Below, in pieces: positions 62,480-64,000 of a stretch of DNA of 64,000 nucleotides. Numbering within the stretch: the stretch's first letter is position 1; each line of letters starts with the position of its first letter. The translations under genes and the position numbers were made by a program. The notes beneath the pieces were generated by a model that saw nothing but the letters and a program-made list of their open reading frames with translations, had not been told where the DNA came from and did not search any database. The DNA is from Octopus sinensis (taxonomy: Eukaryota). The stretch spans positions 49,848,001-49,912,000 of the forward strand of contig NC_043008.1 in assembly GCF_006345805.1 (NCBI RefSeq). Direction: 5' to 3'.

Positions 62480-62960
62480 AGATTAATCAAAAGTTTAACC
62501 GATACCTTGGTAGCAAAAATCACAGCAGAAGACAGCACGGTTGGAGGTACAACCATATGGTGTTGCAACCGTGCGTTGGTGCGGATAATTGAATTTTAAT
62601 ATTATTAGTGAATTGAAGAAATGGAGTTGAACGAAGATTGAACAGAAATCGTTTTATTGCATTCTACACGTGTTTCGAAAGGCACAATTTACCAAATTCC
62701 GAATGAATAATGAGACCATATTGTGTCTTTCTCTTCAGGAAGAAATAGGAAATCCGTTGGAATAAACAAAAACAGAACAGAGGCGGAGCAAAACAAATCG
62801 AACGAGGCTCCTAAGAGCCCATGGCCAAACTGTTTATCAATGTATGTTGAAAACTGGTGGTGGGTGCGTTGAGGATTTTAACGGGTCAGGCAGCGGTCAT
62901 TCCGGTGGGTGAGGGCACGGAGTGCGTAGATGTTCTTTGTGACCGAGACTAAAGTTCTGA
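62480..62960 (-). mobile_element. Probable Penelope-like 3' terminal region carrying the 62662-62741 HHR
   Basis: Non-coding segment bounded by microsatellite/SINE sequence. PLE assignment rests on the minimal HHR architecture only. Confidence 0.4.
62662..62741 (-). ncRNA. Type I hammerhead ribozyme motif with long stem II
   Basis: Minus strand: TTC-CTGAAGA-GAAAGACACAAT(loop)ATTGTGCCTTTC-GAAA-C(ACGT)G-TA-GAA. Canonical core, G10.1-C11.1 pair, palindromic CACGTG, short 3-bp stem I. Confidence 0.7.
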
Positions 62961-63100
62961 CTATTTAAAGAATATTAGGGTATTATATGGGGCGAGCCAA
63001 AATCTACTTAGAGACATGTGTGTGTGTACTGTTCTATATATGTGTGCGGCCGCAAGTTGGTAAGAAGCGCTACATTCTGGTCACTGCTGAGAAAGTTGTG

Positions 63101-63129
<29 letters not shown>

Positions 63130-63134
<5 letters not shown>

Positions 63135-63357
63135 CACAACTTTCTCTCACTCTTTCTTCCTGTTTCTGTTGTACCTGTACTTCAAAGGGCCGGCCTTGTC
63201 ACTCTCTGTGTCACGCTGAATATCCCTGAGAACTACGTTAAGGGTACACGTGTCTGTGGAGTGCTCAACCACTTACACGTTAATTTCACGAGCAGGCTGT
63301 TCCGTTGATTCGGATCAACCGGAACCCTCATCATCGTAACCGACGGAGTGCTTCCAT
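63130..63357 (-). mobile_element. Interspersed repeat family E (second copy at 18350-18560 +)
   Basis: gagggttccagttgaaccgatc..cctgctcgtgaaattaacg..caagtgg.tgag.actccacagacacgtgtaccctt occurs at both sites. Confidence 0.7.
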
Positions 63358-63358
63358 A

Positions 63359-63409
<51 letters not shown>

Positions 63410-63410
<1 letters not shown>

Positions 63411-63912
63411 CTCCAAATGTCATCGAAGCCAGAAACCATCTAAAGTCTATATCTCTAGCTTACCACCGTTCTTCATCCCAGTCACTGAAGATCCAACTTA
63501 TAACTGCCAAGAAGAATCTTGATGTTGCTTACTTGAACGCCGAGGTCGACTTTGTAAACGGCAAAATTAGCAACCTATCTAAAGAGTACATTAGTAAAAA
63601 ACACCATCTCGCCTGGAAATCCATCAAAGACCTTTCAGGCAAAAAGTCTGGGTCATCAATTAGAATTAAAGGGGGATCAGCTAAGAAGCGTTTAGAAAAT
63701 TGGTCAATTCATTTTAAAAAACTTCTTAGGAAGAATGCCAAAATCCCTGATAACCCCACTCTTCCAAGTGTGCCTATATCAGATACGCTGGACATCAACA
63801 CCTCCCCTTTTACCATATTTGAACTAACAGCAGCCACTAAACAACTGAAAGCCTCGAAAGCATTTGGTCCCGACAACATCCCAGCTATAATTTGGAAGGA
63901 TGATAGATTTCA
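63410..63912 (+). mobile_element. Non-LTR retrotransposon ORF2 fragment (endonuclease-RT linker)
   Basis: Open frame AWKSIKDLSGK...RLENWSIHFKKLL...PFTIFELTAATKQLKASKAFGPDNIP (KAxGPDxIP motif preceding RT). Confidence 0.8.
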
Positions 63913-63913
63913 C

Positions 63914-63949
<36 letters not shown>

Positions 63950-64000
63950 TATGACAGCAATGTCATTGCAGTCTGAAACTGCATTGCATGTTCTCCACAA

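Overview
AT-rich, microsatellite- and transposon-dense eukaryotic genomic DNA. The repeat repertoire resembles an octopus/coleoid cephalopod genome (inference from recalled repeat families, not from a search). There is one 100-N scaffold gap at 42950-43049. Two complete spliced genes can be assembled by hand on the minus strand, with consistent splice phases. (1) A 6-exon, 614-aa BTB-BACK-6xKelch gene of the KLHL10 type (CDS 24478->7032), with a decayed partial copy of its own exon 1 inside intron 1. (2) A 5-exon, 516-aa secreted beta-lactamase-family serine hydrolase (gigasin-6/flp-like; SxxK, YxS, HTG; CDS 37379->27643). The rest is tRNA-derived SINEs (at least 5 families, some multimeric), MITEs and relics of mariner/maT/hAT/piggyBac/Helitron elements, LINE relics (R4/Dong, RTE, CR1) and Penelope-like element (PLE) relics. 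The most striking unexplained layer is a set of minimal type I hammerhead-ribozyme (HHR) motifs. One intact motif lies at the 3' end of a tRNA-headed SINE-like unit (25242-25285). Others sit in the arms of large fold-back palindromes embedded in (TA)n (26180-26514, 47851-48118, and more weakly 17508-17824 and 5996-6531). Further copies and core variants (U3-A8, non-A6) are dispersed. All HHR calls are by eye and need folding, covariance and cleavage tests.
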